DNA of 64,000 nt from an uncultured Gemmatimonadales bacterium (GCA_963707505.1 CAVPQB010000003.1:128001-192000); one strand, 5' to 3'. Counted from the stretch's first letter, positions 1 to 10,709 are shown. Notes: generated from the sequence alone by a model not told the origin. Numbers and translations: made by a program.

Positions 1-1027
1 TTTTTTCACGCATCTCACCGCGTAGGGTGGCGTCGGTTGCGAGTCGCGTCACCATGGCTCCAAGGGATTCAGGCGTGAGCGCATCCTGCTGAATCATTAC
101 TGCGGCGCCGGAGGCGGCGATGGCCCGGGCATTCTGCGTCTGATGATCGGCGGCGGCAGTTGGTAGCGGGACAAGAATCGCTGGAATCCCCCACGCGGAC
201 AGCTCTGCCGTGGTCATCGCTCCAGCCCGGGTGAGCGCCAGATCCGCCGCGCAGTAGGCCGACGCCATGTCCGAGATGTACGGAACCACGCGTACCGAAG
301 CACGCTCATACCGAGCATACTTTCCGAAGTTCGCCGGCCCGGTCGCCCAGATCACACGGATCTCCTTGCCGGTTCGAGCCAGCCATTTCGCCACGACCCG
401 GTTGATTCCCTCCGCCCCCTGGCTACCTCCGAAGACGAGCAGCGCGGGGGCCGACGTATCCGTAAACCCCCACCGAGCCGCCGCCTGCTGGCCGGACGGT
501 CGTTCGTTCAGCGGGGTCGGAGGGGCAATCGGATTGCCGGATTCGAATACTTCCGTTCGATGGCTCAGACGAAGCGCGCGCGCCGCTTCCGGGAATCCGA
601 GGTGGAGTTGAGCTGCGCGAGGGGCGAACCAGCGAACCGTGAGGCCTGGAACGCTATTCTGGTCCTGGATCACGATCGGAATCCGCCGCTTTGCCGCGAC
701 GCCGAGCGCGATACCCGCCGCATATCCCCCGGTCGCGACCAACGCGCGGGGCGACCGCTCGGCGGCGATCCGGACAATTCGACGCCAGCTGCCCGTCGAC
801 GCCATGATCGTTCGCCAGTTTCGCCACGGCTGTGACCGGTAGAGCGGATGCAGGTTCAACAGCTCGTACTCGAACTCGGTTTCGGGCAGGATATTCCGCT
901 CGATCCCGCGCTCGGCGCCGATAAAAAACGGGGTTACTCGCGAATCGGCCGCGACCATCGCACGGGCGATGGCCAGCGCTGGATAGAGGTGACCGCCGCT
1001 GCCGCCGCCGGCAAAGAGAACGTTCAC
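1..1027 (-). CDS. murG: MurG glycosyltransferase (3' end runs off window)
   Basis: Not in ORF track. Manual translation from GTG at 1027 gives MNVLFAGGGSGGHLYPALAIARA (MurG N-terminal motif). Start overlaps the ftsW stop (GTGA). Same frame reads ...LRGEMREK at the window edge. Confidence 0.95.
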   Translation of the reverse strand, partial: MNVLFAGGGSGGHLYPALAIARAMVAADSRVTPFFIGAERGIERNILPETEFEYELLNLHPLYRSQPWRNWRTIMASTGSWRRIVRIAAERSPRALVATGGYAAGIALGVAAKRRIPIVIQDQNSVPGLTVRWFAPRAAQLHLGFPEAARALRLSHRTEVFESGNPIAPPTPLNERPSGQQAAARWGFTDTSAPALLVFGGSQGAEGINRVVAKWLARTGKEIRVIWATGPANFGKYARYERASVRVVPYISDMASAYCAADLALTRAGAMTTAELSAWGIPAILVPLPTAAADHQTQNARAIAASGAAVMIQQDALTPESLGAMVTRLATDATLRGEMREK

Positions 1028-2196
1028 TGTTCCGCAGTCCGTAGAGGGTTGGTCGCGCCTTCCCCGATCACCCGCTCGCGCTCACTCCCGATGTTGATCA
1101 GGATCCCGGTCATCGCGAGGGTGAGCAGCATGCTGGTGCGTCCGTAAGATATGAATGGAAGCGCAAGCCCCGTATTCGGAAGCAGCCCGATAGTGACCCC
1201 AATGTGGAGAAATGCGCTGATCACGATCGTAGCGACGATTCCCACAGCCACCAGCTGCTGGAACTTGGACCGCGCGGCACGAGCTATACGGAAGCCCAGA
1301 TAGGCATACGCCGCGAACCCGAGCACCAGCAACGCGAGCCCGATGAAGCCACGTTCTTCACCGATGTTGGCAGCAATGAAGTCGTCGTACGCAAACGGAA
1401 GGAATCCGTACTGCTGCCTTCCCTGCCCGAATCCGACGCCGAGCAGTCCGCCGGAGCCGATTGCGATGAGCGACTGCCGCGCCTGATAGTCCACATGCGG
1501 AGCGACACCAGGATTGAAGAATGCCGTCATTCGCAGCATTACGTACTGCAGTTTTTCCGCCCTGGAGTAAAGCGCGGGAATCGCGATCGCCACGAGCGCG
1601 ACGAAATGGCCGATCCGAACGCCGGCAGCGAACAGAATGATTCCCATGATCAGCGTATAGAACATTGCCGACGACAGGTCCGGTTCGACGTACACCAGCA
1701 CGTCCAGCAGGCCGACGATCACAAGGAACGGAAACAACCCCTTGCTCAGGCGGCGCATCGCGTCGCCTTTCTTGACTACGAGCATCGAGGTCCAGATCAC
1801 GAGGGCTAGCTTTGCGGCCTCGGATGGCTGCATGCTGGAGCCGAACAGATACCGGCGCGCGCCGTGGATTCGCGGAGCCCAGCGAATCGTGAAGGGCAGT
1901 ATGACGATAACGAGCAGGACGAGACACACGATCATTGCTGGCCATGCAAGGTCATACCATCGCTCAGCGTCGAACTTCGCAGCAAACGCGAAGAGCACGA
2001 GTCCGAGTGCCATTCCGCCCAGCTGCCGCAGCATGTAATACGCGCCATTGTGCCCCGCCTGCAGTGCCACGATGCTGCTTGCGCTGTAAACCGTAACCAG
2101 ACCGAACGCGAGAAAGACGAGTGTCAGCATCGTCAGCACGCGCGCTTCCCACGTCATGTGCCAGCGATACCTCACGTGCTTGACCGCTTCAGCCAT
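1024..2196 (-). CDS. ftsW: FtsW SEDS-family peptidoglycan polymerase
   Basis: Multi-TM ORF with GARR, QPSE, GSGG..G.G.G.G.Q and LPFISYG motifs in dcw context. Start trimmed to ATG 2196. Confidence 0.93.
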   Translation of the reverse strand: MAEAVKHVRYRWHMTWEARVLTMLTLVFLAFGLVTVYSASSIVALQAGHNGAYYMLRQLGGMALGLVLFAFAAKFDAERWYDLAWPAMIVCLVLLVIVILPFTIRWAPRIHGARRYLFGSSMQPSEAAKLALVIWTSMLVVKKGDAMRRLSKGLFPFLVIVGLLDVLVYVEPDLSSAMFYTLIMGIILFAAGVRIGHFVALVAIAIPALYSRAEKLQYVMLRMTAFFNPGVAPHVDYQARQSLIAIGSGGLLGVGFGQGRQQYGFLPFAYDDFIAANIGEERGFIGLALLVLGFAAYAYLGFRIARAARSKFQQLVAVGIVATIVISAFLHIGVTIGLLPNTGLALPFISYGRTSMLLTLAMTGILINIGSERERVIGEGATNPLRTAEQ

Positions 2197-3572
2197 CGCC
2201 GAGTGCCGCGCAGCTCGCGGAAGCGTTGACCGCGCTCCACGTAGTTGTTGAACATGTCGTAGCTGGAGCATGCGGGCGACAGCAGGACCGCATCGCCGCT
2301 CACGGCAACACCGCGGGCTGCTGCGATGACTTCTTCGAATGTGCCATCGACGCGTGTCAGCGCGACGCCGTCGGCCAGATCGTGTTGCACCAGCGGAGCG
2401 GCCTCGCCGAATGCAATCACGTGCTTGACGTGTTGCGCAATCGGCCCCAGTAGCGCAGTGTACGGCTCGCCCTTGTGGCGCCCGCCGAGCAGCAGAACGG
2501 TCGGCCGCGTCATTCCCTGCACGGCCACGAGAGTCGAGGCGACGTTTGTGGCCTTGGAATCATTGATCCACTCGATGCCGTTCCACTCGCCGACCACTTC
2601 GAGCCGGTTGGGCATCGCGCGAAATGAGCGCAGCGTATCCGCTATCGCCTGGCGAGCCTTGTGCGTGCGGAAGTCGTCCGATGCAGCCATGACGGCGAGC
2701 GACGCCGCCAGTGCGTTGGCGACGTTGTGATCGCCCAGCAAATGCAGGTCATCACGCGGCAGGAGCGGAGCACCGAAGACGACGAGGGAATCGGCTGTGC
2801 GGTCGTACCATGCGTCCGACTGCTTCGCGATGCTGAAGCGAAAGTGCTCGCCCGCCACTCCTTGCGCCATGTCGAGCGAGGCGGGATCATCCGCATTCAG
2901 CACCCAGCGCGATTGTGACGTGGCGTTGCGAAAGAGGAGAGCCTTATCTGCGAAATAATCGCCGACAGCCGCGTAGCGATCCAGATGATCGGCGCTCAGG
3001 TTCGTGAGCACACCAACGTCGGGCGCGATGCTCGGCGTGTCGTGCAGTTGAAACGATGACAGCTCGAGCGATACCCAGTCAGGCTGCGGCTTGGCGAGTG
3101 CGACCTCCGACAGCGGCGTGCCGATGTTGCCCGCGTCGGGCGCAGTCACGCCAAGGCCTCGCAGGAGCTCTCCGATCAGCGCTGTGGTCGTCGTCTTGCC
3201 GTTCGTGCCGGTGACCGCGATGTAGCGAACGTTCGGCATGTAGCGAAGCGCGATCTCGATCTCACTCACGACAGCGCGTGACGCAATGCCGGCTGCGACG
3301 AGTGCTGGCGCGTTGGGTGGAACGCCCGGACTGACTACGACCAGCGCGGCGCGCGCTATTCGAGCGGCGTCGTGGCCGCCGATCTGAACGCTCGCGCCAA
3401 GCGTCGTAAGCCCGCGCGCGATATCAGCCAGCTTGGCCGACGCACCGTCGTCGCATGCGTACACTTCGTATCCGCGTGCACGAAGCAGGCCGGAGGCGGC
3501 GACACCGCTGCGTCCGAGCCCGATCACAACGATCTCGCCTGCTGTTGGCGGAATCATCGACTGCCTGGTCAT
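2172..3572 (-). CDS. murD: UDP-MurNAc-L-Ala:D-Glu ligase MurD
   Basis: GLGRSG, VVVSPGVP, TGTNGKTTT, ELSSFQL, NDSKATN and LLSPACSSYD motifs. ATG 3572 overlaps the mraY stop. Confidence 0.96.
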   Translation of the reverse strand: MTRQSMIPPTAGEIVVIGLGRSGVAASGLLRARGYEVYACDDGASAKLADIARGLTTLGASVQIGGHDAARIARAALVVVSPGVPPNAPALVAAGIASRAVVSEIEIALRYMPNVRYIAVTGTNGKTTTTALIGELLRGLGVTAPDAGNIGTPLSEVALAKPQPDWVSLELSSFQLHDTPSIAPDVGVLTNLSADHLDRYAAVGDYFADKALLFRNATSQSRWVLNADDPASLDMAQGVAGEHFRFSIAKQSDAWYDRTADSLVVFGAPLLPRDDLHLLGDHNVANALAASLAVMAASDDFRTHKARQAIADTLRSFRAMPNRLEVVGEWNGIEWINDSKATNVASTLVAVQGMTRPTVLLLGGRHKGEPYTALLGPIAQHVKHVIAFGEAAPLVQHDLADGVALTRVDGTFEEVIAAARGVAVSGDAVLLSPACSSYDMFNNYVERGQRFRELRGTRRWLKRSST

Positions 3573-4711
3573 CGCAGCTTGAGCGTGCTGAAGGCTAGGA
3601 ATGCACAGAGGATGCCGATGATCCAGAACCTCACCACGACCTGCGACTCCGTCCACCCCTTCATCTCGAAGTGATGATGCAGCGGCGCGCGTCGAAATAC
3701 ACGATGCTCTCGTGCGTACTCGACGCCGTAGCGTTTTTTCCGATACTTGAACACATACCGCTGCAGAATCACCGACACCATCTCCGCGACGAACAAACCA
3801 CCCACAAAGACGAGCAGGAACTCCGACTTCAGCAGCACTGCGATGGCTCCGAGCGCGCCGCCAAGCGCGAGCGAGCCCGTATCACCCATGAAGATTTCCG
3901 CCGGATGCGTGTTGAACCAGAGAAATCCGATGCACGCACCGAGTATGGACGCGCAGAACACTGTCAACTCGCCAGCGCCGCTCATGAAGAAAAGCCCGAG
4001 CGAGTGGCTCAGATCCACGCGTCCGATAACGTATGCGAAACCAGCGAACGTCAGTGCGGCAATCGCCACCAGACCCGTCGCGAGACCATCGAGACCGTCG
4101 GTCATGTTCACTGCATTGCTGGTACCGGTCATCACGAATGTGACGAACAGAACGTACAGCCACGCGAACGCCGGAGATAGCGGAATGATCAGAACGTACT
4201 TGTAGAACGGCAGCGTCGTCGACGCACCGGGGAGATTCGAGATCGGAAAATGCCAGACGTAAAGGCCGAGCGCGAGACCGAGTGCAATCTGGCCGGTAAG
4301 CTTGTACCGCTCGATCAAACCCCTGTTCGCTTCACCACGCGCTTTCTGGCGCAGCTTGAGGTAATCGTCAAGGAATCCGATCCCGCCCATCCATAACATC
4401 ACAAAGACGCAAACCCAGATGTACCGATTCGTGAGACGGGCCCACAGGAGAGTCGGAAGTATGGTCGCGATCAGTATTATGAGACCGCCCATTGTGGGCG
4501 TGTTGGATTTGCCAGCATGACTGTCCGGCGTTCCCGCCCTCACCACCTGGGCGATACGATTGCGCCTCAGTGCGCCTATGATGATTGGCCCCACGAGGAA
4601 CGACAGGAGGAGTGCGGTGACAGCTGCTCCCGCCGCGCGGAAGCTGATGTAATTGAATAGCCGCAGGAATCCAAGGTACGGACTGAGCGGAACGAGAAGG
4701 TAGTTCAGCAA
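3569..4711 (-). CDS. mraY: Phospho-MurNAc-pentapeptide transferase MraY
   Basis: TPTMGG, DDYLK, NMTDGLDGL, FMGDTGS and APLHHHFE motifs. Likely TTG start at 4711 overlapping the murF end. Confidence 0.96.
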   Translation of the reverse strand: MLNYLLVPLSPYLGFLRLFNYISFRAAGAAVTALLLSFLVGPIIIGALRRNRIAQVVRAGTPDSHAGKSNTPTMGGLIILIATILPTLLWARLTNRYIWVCVFVMLWMGGIGFLDDYLKLRQKARGEANRGLIERYKLTGQIALGLALGLYVWHFPISNLPGASTTLPFYKYVLIIPLSPAFAWLYVLFVTFVMTGTSNAVNMTDGLDGLATGLVAIAALTFAGFAYVIGRVDLSHSLGLFFMSGAGELTVFCASILGACIGFLWFNTHPAEIFMGDTGSLALGGALGAIAVLLKSEFLLVFVGGLFVAEMVSVILQRYVFKYRKKRYGVEYAREHRVFRRAPLHHHFEMKGWTESQVVVRFWIIGILCAFLAFSTLKLR

Positions 4712-6066
4712 TCGTGGTTCGCCCAGCTGGTTATGTGTGGTAGGATCCGCTCGAGCTTCGCGCCGCGAGACGCCTTCAACAATATGGTCGCATCGTCCTG
4801 CAAATGCGGAGCTAGCTCGGACCACAGCTGGTCGACGTCGCTCGCGATCACGATCCGTTTATCATCTGGGGCGACTCGTCGAAGCGCAGCTGCAAACTCG
4901 CCGATTCCGCCGATGAGAGCCACGGGCGCAGCGACCGCCGCGCGCGCGACATCATCATGACAGCGGTCCGAGTTTGCACCCAGTTCAAGCATCGAGCCGA
5001 GCACCGCGACTTTCTGCATACCTGGTGCCGCGGTGAGCATATCGATCGCTGCGATTGCCGATCCGGGATTCGAATTGTACGCATCGTTGATGACGAGCGC
5101 ACGTCCTACCGTCTGCCAGTTTGCACGCATCGGCGGCGGCGTGAGCGACGCGATGCCGCGAGCCGCATCCCCGGCACCGCATCCGACTTCGCGCGCCGCG
5201 GCGAGCGCAAGCATCAGATTCCTGAGATTGTGTGCACCGCGCAACGGTGAATGAATGGAAACGCCGTCGACAGTTGCCGTTCCAGTACCGTCGCTCTCCA
5301 GCTTCCAGGAGGTCGCGTGAACGTCGCCGTCGTCGAGTCCAGCCGTCACCAGGCGCAGCGGCGACGCTGCCGCCACGAGGCCAACATCGGACGAAGGGAC
5401 TATTCCGACCGCGACACCATGAAACACCGATGTCTCCTCGCGCAGCACTCCAGCGAGATCGCCGAAGCCTTCGAGATGTTCCTCCGCGATCGACGTGACG
5501 ATGGCGACGTCGGGGCGCGAGATATCACGCAGTATCGCAATCTCGCCCGGTATGCTCGTACCAAGCTCGATGATTGCAACGTCGGACTCGGCGGGTAGCG
5601 CGAGAAGTGTCAGGGGCACGCCGATGCGATTGTTGAGATTGCCGCTGGTTGCGTGGACTGCGAGGCGCGATTCGAGTGCCGACCGCAATAGCTCCTTGGT
5701 GCTGGTCTTGCCGTTGCTCCCCGCGATCGCGATGACAGGGCCGCCCCAAGCCAGCCGTCTGAAGCGCGCGAGATCGCCGAGCGCGACGAGCGTGTCATCG
5801 ACGAGGTAAATGGGAACGTTGAGCTCGCCGATTGCAACGGTGCGGCTCACGACCAGCGCACGCGCGCCTGCGGCAACAGCCTCTGCGAGAAAATCGTGCG
5901 CATCGAATCTATCACCGGCCAGCGCAACGAATATGTCGCCCGGGCGAAGCGATCGTGTGTCAGTCGACACGTTGCCAAGTGCGTGCGAGCCGCGCGGCGC
6001 ACTGGTCGATATTCGCGACGCAAGCGCGTGAGCGAGCCTGTCAGCCGTCCAGAAGCCGTCGCTCAA
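4705..6066 (-). CDS. murF: MurF D-Ala-D-Ala adding ligase
   Basis: STDTR, GSNGKTSTKE, NLNNRIGVP, NDAYNSNP and LLKASRG motifs. Confidence 0.96.
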   Translation of the reverse strand: MSDGFWTADRLAHALASRISTSAPRGSHALGNVSTDTRSLRPGDIFVALAGDRFDAHDFLAEAVAAGARALVVSRTVAIGELNVPIYLVDDTLVALGDLARFRRLAWGGPVIAIAGSNGKTSTKELLRSALESRLAVHATSGNLNNRIGVPLTLLALPAESDVAIIELGTSIPGEIAILRDISRPDVAIVTSIAEEHLEGFGDLAGVLREETSVFHGVAVGIVPSSDVGLVAAASPLRLVTAGLDDGDVHATSWKLESDGTGTATVDGVSIHSPLRGAHNLRNLMLALAAAREVGCGAGDAARGIASLTPPPMRANWQTVGRALVINDAYNSNPGSAIAAIDMLTAAPGMQKVAVLGSMLELGANSDRCHDDVARAAVAAPVALIGGIGEFAAALRRVAPDDKRIVIASDVDQLWSELAPHLQDDATILLKASRGAKLERILPHITSWANHDC

Positions 6067-7295
6067 CTTGGGAGGCCCAGCAGTTCTGCGACTACCTGAC
6101 GCTCATCGAACGGATGCTTCTCCGTGCCGACAACCTGGTACGTCTCGTGTCCCTTGCCCGCGAGCAGAATCGTGTCGCCCGGTCCAGCAACGTCGATCGC
6201 GCGCGCAATCGCCTTGCGACGATCGGTGACGCGATCGTGCGGCAACGACATGCCGCGCTCGATTTCATCGATGATCGCGTCGGGGTCTTCAGTGCGCGGA
6301 TTGTCGCTCGTGACGATCACCTTATCGGCGCCTGCCTCAGCGGCCGCTCCCATGATTGGCCGCTTGCCAGGATCGCGATCGCCGCCAGCGCCGAATACGA
6401 GGATCAGCTTTCCCGAGACAAACGGCCGCAAAGCGGCAAGAGCTCGGACGAGCGCGTCGGGCGTATGAGCGTAGTCACGGATCACCGGCGGCTGTTCGGC
6501 GATCAGCTCCAGTCGTCCCGGTATCTGCGGAATGTTACGCAGCGAGTGCGCCAGTGCGCGCATCGGAATGCCAAGCGATAGAGCTGCACAAGCGGCCCCG
6601 AGCGCGTTGATGACATTGAAATCACCCACCAGCGGCAGCCGAACCTGCACCGCCTCATCGCCCATTCTCAACGTCCAGCTGCTTCCAGTGGCGTCGAACG
6701 CAACGTCTTCCGCGCGCACGTCGCCGGCGGTTAGTCCGTACGTCACGAGTCGCGGTGCGGCCGGAAGCGAGGTCCACTCCGATTGATCGGCGTTCACCAC
6801 CGCAACACCGGTCGTCTTGAGGTAGGAGATGAGCTTCGCCTTGGCACCGAAGTACTCCTGCATCGTACCGTGGTAATCGAGATGATCCCGCGTAATGTTG
6901 GTGAACACTGCGGCGTCGAAGCTCATTCCGAATACGCGCGCCTGATCCAGCGCGTGCGATGACACTTCCATGGCAAGCGAGCGAATACCCATGTCGACCA
7001 GCTCACGCAGAACCCGCTGAAGCTCGTCCGGCCCCGGCGTCGTGAGACCGAGTCCGCCCGGAACGAGCCTGCCATCGGCGCCGACGAGAACGCCGAGTGT
7101 TCCGATGGACGCAGCAGGGGCAACCGGAAGATCGAGCAACGCACGCAGGATGTTGACGGTCGTCGTTTTGCCGTTGGTCCCGGTCACTGCGATTGCGCGC
7201 AGCGACAGCGCGGGATAGCCGTACCGTGCAGCAGCTGCGCGCGCGATCTCGATGCGCTTCGCAGCAACCATCGGATCCTTCGTGGCTCCGCTCAA
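6063..7295 (-). CDS. murE: MurE meso-DAP ligase, apparently lacking the N-terminal domain
   Basis: TGTNGKTTT, MEVSSH, DHLDYH, DYAHTPD, GAGGDRD, DNPR and AGKGHE motifs. Only 410 aa. TTG start overlaps the ftsI stop. Confidence 0.93.
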   Translation of the reverse strand: MSGATKDPMVAAKRIEIARAAAARYGYPALSLRAIAVTGTNGKTTTVNILRALLDLPVAPAASIGTLGVLVGADGRLVPGGLGLTTPGPDELQRVLRELVDMGIRSLAMEVSSHALDQARVFGMSFDAAVFTNITRDHLDYHGTMQEYFGAKAKLISYLKTTGVAVVNADQSEWTSLPAAPRLVTYGLTAGDVRAEDVAFDATGSSWTLRMGDEAVQVRLPLVGDFNVINALGAACAALSLGIPMRALAHSLRNIPQIPGRLELIAEQPPVIRDYAHTPDALVRALAALRPFVSGKLILVFGAGGDRDPGKRPIMGAAAEAGADKVIVTSDNPRTEDPDAIIDEIERGMSLPHDRVTDRRKAIARAIDVAGPGDTILLAGKGHETYQVVGTEKHPFDERQVVAELLGLPS

Positions 7296-9335
7296 TGTGC
7301 AATACCCAATTTCACGACGCGGCCCGCCTCGAGCATCGTGCCGGCAACGGGCACCAGCGGCTCTGCAGCTCCGGCCACGAGCTCAACCCTGAAACCTGCC
7401 GCGTGCAACGCGCGAACCGCGGAGCGGAGCGGCAGTCCCGCGACGTCCGGCACCGCGCGGGGCGACACTACCGGGGGAATCGCGCGTGTTTTCGATGGCA
7501 GAGTCACGACGTAGGACTCACTCGTCCGCGGATCGGAATCCACCGGCGGAGTATGGGCCAGCGCGCGCAGCGAATCGGCCACGTCTGCACTATCGACCTT
7601 CTTTTCAGTTGCGAGCCGCACACGCTCCGCAGCCCTTCCGGCGGGCGTTGTGTCCGGGCGCGGAGCATGCACCGATGACGCGAGCTCGCCGCGATTGAGT
7701 GCGGCGTCACGCGCCGCGAGCGCTGCGCGCAGCACGACGTTGGTCACTCCTCCGGCAACAATTCCTCCGTAGAACCCCATCTGAGGATTGTCGAGCTTGA
7801 CGAGAATCACGAATTGCGGCTTGTCATCCGGAAAAAGTCCAACGAACGACGCCGTGTACGAGCCTGCGATGTAGCGTCCGTGCGCGTTGCGAAGCGCGGT
7901 GCCGCTCTTTCCCGCAACATCGAGCGTCGCCAGATCGGCTTTTGTGGATGTTCCTCCCGCGACTACATCGCGCAACATCGTACGCACTTCTGCCGCGACC
8001 TCGGGAGTCATCACGCGGCGTACCAGCTGACGTTGCGCGGCGTAGCGAACCGTGCCATCGGCTGCACGGATCTCCTTCACGATGTGCGGCACGAGCAGCT
8101 CGCCGCCATTCGCGATCGAGCTGTATGCCGTGACCATCTGCAGCGGAGTAACTGACACTTCGTACCCCATGACTACCGACGCTGCCGATTGCGGCGTCCA
8201 GCCGCTCGGATCACGCACGACACCTGGCGATTCTGCCGGAAGTGCAACAGTCGTCTGTGTTCCGAAGCCCATATCGCGCAACATCTCGAACTTCTCCCGC
8301 ACCGACATCCGATCCGCAAAACGAACAATGCCGACATTGCTCGAATGCTTGATCACGTCGGTGAGCGACAGGATCGACGGGTGCTCGTCCGCGTCGGTAA
8401 TCGTACGTCCGTTGATCGTCAGATGACCGCCGTAGGTATCTACAGTCTGATCCGGGAGTGGCCCTGCCCAGCTGCAGCAACCGCGCTGCGACGAACGGCT
8501 TCATCGTCGAGCCAGGCTCGTACGGCTCAGTGACCGCCGTGTTCGCGACCGCAGCCGGATCGGCGCGGTTGCTCGCCATCGCAAGAACGTCGCCGGTGTT
8601 CGGATTCATCACGACGATGTCACCCCCATCGGCGTGCAGACTGTCGACCGCGACAGCCAGGGCGCGATCGCAGATCTCCTGCAGCTCGCGATTGATCGTG
8701 AGGACGACAGTGCTTCCGGGTGTCGGATCATCCGCATCGTCCGGCGCTGCGAGCGGACGGCCGCTCTTGTCACGCGCGACGCGCACCGTCGCCGTGTCAC
8801 CGCGCAACAGCGAATCGAGCGCGAGCTCGATTCCGTCCAGCGCCTTTCCCTCAGGGGTGACTCTGCCAACGATCCGCCTGATACCACCGGACGTCGCGTA
8901 AACGCGGTCCATCACCGGCTTGGAGTACACGCCGCGCAGCGCGATAGCCGGTGCAACGGCATTGGGAAGAAATGCGCCGGGAACGTCCACCCACTTTCGC
9001 ATGGTATCGAGCGACATCGAGACGAAACGCGGATCGACGCTGGCAAGCTTTAGATCGCGCGCGAGCGCGGCCCGATTTCTCACCTGGCGCGGCGCAACGC
9101 TGATGCGTACCATCTCCCTGCTCTCCACGAGCGGCCGCCCTGTGGCGTCGAGTATCTGTCCGCGCGGCGCAGGCAATCCTGATGACACATAGTGTTGCCG
9201 CTGGCCGATCTTGCTCCAGTAGTCACTACGAAACAGTTGCTCGTAACCGGCCTTCGCGATCAGCGCAAGCGCGAATACAAGCAGCACGCCGTGTACTATC
9301 GTGAGACGACCGGGGGTCTTCTGGGCCGTGCTCAT
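7292..9335 (-). CDS. ftsI: FtsI/PBP3 class B PBP with C-terminal PASTA-like domain; split by an apparent +1 frameshift near 8455
   Basis: The 5' ORF has a TM, RGQILD and EPGSTMKP (SxxK). The 3' ORF has SSN (SxN) and KSG. Deleting one G from GGG at 8454-8456 joins them (ATPDQTVDTYGGHLTINGRTITD...VIKHSSNVG). Confidence 0.92.
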
Positions 9336-9670
9336 CGCTGGATCGACCGGACCTGACGGTCATCGGGAATGCGCATCCCCAATTGCTGCACGATCGGGCC
9401 GAGCTGCGTGCGACTGGACTCGTCGCGTATGAGTGCGGAGAGACGTCCACGCTCGGCTTCCAGCTGCACGATGCGGCGATCCAGATCGGCCATTTGCCGC
9501 GCCTGAGTTATGCCGTAGCTGCGTCGCCAGATCACAGCGCTAGCGACGACTACAAAACCGATCAGTAACGCCGCCATGATCGTCCGTCCGCGCCGCTTGC
9601 GGGTGCGGCGCTTCGCCGCTGGCTTCCCGCGCGTCGTATCGCCAGACTTGCTCACGCGGCCTTTCGCCAT
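9332..9670 (-). CDS. ftsL: FtsL-like cell division protein
   Basis: Basic N-terminus, one TM, then coiled coil; lies between rsmH and ftsI. Confidence 0.7.
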   Translation of the reverse strand: MAKGRVSKSGDTTRGKPAAKRRTRKRRGRTIMAALLIGFVVVASAVIWRRSYGITQARQMADLDRRIVQLEAERGRLSALIRDESSRTQLGPIVQQLGMRIPDDRQVRSIQR

Positions 9671-10593
9671 GATCTGAGGTGAGCACTGCGCGCGCGGGGA
9701 TTACGTGCGATCTCGACAGCGGTGGCGGTGATCGACTTCCGCGTGACCAGTGTGCCCAGCGCGACGCCGCCGCACGTGCAGACCGGCTGCCGTGGTGGAC
9801 ACGTGCATGCGGTGCTCCACGCGCGCATCGCGTGCTTGACCAGCCGGTCCTCTCCCGAGTGATACGCGATTATGCTGAGAGTGGCGCCCGGTGCCAGCAT
9901 GTCACGCAGTATGGGAAGGACGCGCTCCAGTCCATTCAACTCGTCGTTCACCGCGATCCGTACCGCCTGAAAGAGGCGAGCGAAGTCGGCTGGACCAGCC
10001 GACGCGCCAAAAGCACCGCGAATCGCGCCGACCAGATCCTCGGCGATAACGAAGTCACGCGTCGAGCGTCGCCGGAGTATCTCGTTCGCGAGCCGGCGCG
10101 CGCGCGGCTCGTCGCCGTATTCGCGGAATATCCGCGTCAGCTCCTCAGGGCTAGCGGTATTGAGCAAGTCCGCGGCGGACTCGCCTGCCGCGGACATTCT
10201 CATGTCGAGCGCAACGCCGGGCCTGAACGAAAAGCCTCGTTCGTCGCGATCTATCTGCGATGATGAGACGCCGAGGTCTGCCAGAATTCCAGCAAACGAC
10301 TCGTTCCGTAGTTCAGGGATCTCGTCGATATGCGTGAAGTCGCCCTTGACGGCGCGAAAGCGTCCTGCCTCGACAAAGGCTTTGAGCCGCGCGGTCGCCT
10401 CGGCGATAGCATCGCTGTCGCGGTCCACTCCGATAACTGATGCGCCGGCCTCAAGCAATGCGAGCGAATGGCCGCCACCGCCCAGCGTGCAGTCGAGTAC
10501 CGACTCCGCGCTCCCGAGTGCGCCAAGCACCTCGGCGACCATGACCGGGTCATGGTATCCACTTTCGAACGATCGTTCAGTTATCGAGGACAC
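9652..10593 (-). CDS. rsmH: 16S rRNA m4C1402 methyltransferase RsmH (MraW)
   Basis: DCTLGGGGHS, DLGVSS, RGFSF, LDMRM, FQAVRIAVN, YHSGEDR and NPRARSA motifs. Likely GTG start at 10593. Confidence 0.96.
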   Translation of the reverse strand: MSSITERSFESGYHDPVMVAEVLGALGSAESVLDCTLGGGGHSLALLEAGASVIGVDRDSDAIAEATARLKAFVEAGRFRAVKGDFTHIDEIPELRNESFAGILADLGVSSSQIDRDERGFSFRPGVALDMRMSAAGESAADLLNTASPEELTRIFREYGDEPRARRLANEILRRRSTRDFVIAEDLVGAIRGAFGASAGPADFARLFQAVRIAVNDELNGLERVLPILRDMLAPGATLSIIAYHSGEDRLVKHAMRAWSTACTCPPRQPVCTCGGVALGTLVTRKSITATAVEIARNPRARSAHLRSWRKAA

Positions 10594-10643
10594 GGTTGCT
10601 TTCCAAGATACGGCGGGCGTGGCGGGGGAGGCAGCCAATATAC

Positions 10644-10675
10644 AAAAAACCGCCCCGGCGCGAACCGGGGCGGTT
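10644..10675 (-). terminator. Intrinsic terminator after the TPR gene
   Basis: Minus strand reads AACCGCCCCGG-TTCGCG-CCGGGGCGGTT followed by TTTT. Confidence 0.85.
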
Positions 10676-10709
10676 GGTGCAAACTAACGGGCTGTTGCAG
10701 CCCGCGGCG

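Noticed and set aside
267..1147. Short plus-strand ORFs at the window start
   Set aside because: Antisense to murG, which the ORF track missed because its stop lies outside the window.
7292..9335. ftsI as two real genes or a true pseudogene
   Set aside because: A single base removal restores an intact essential PBP; sequencing error is more parsimonious.
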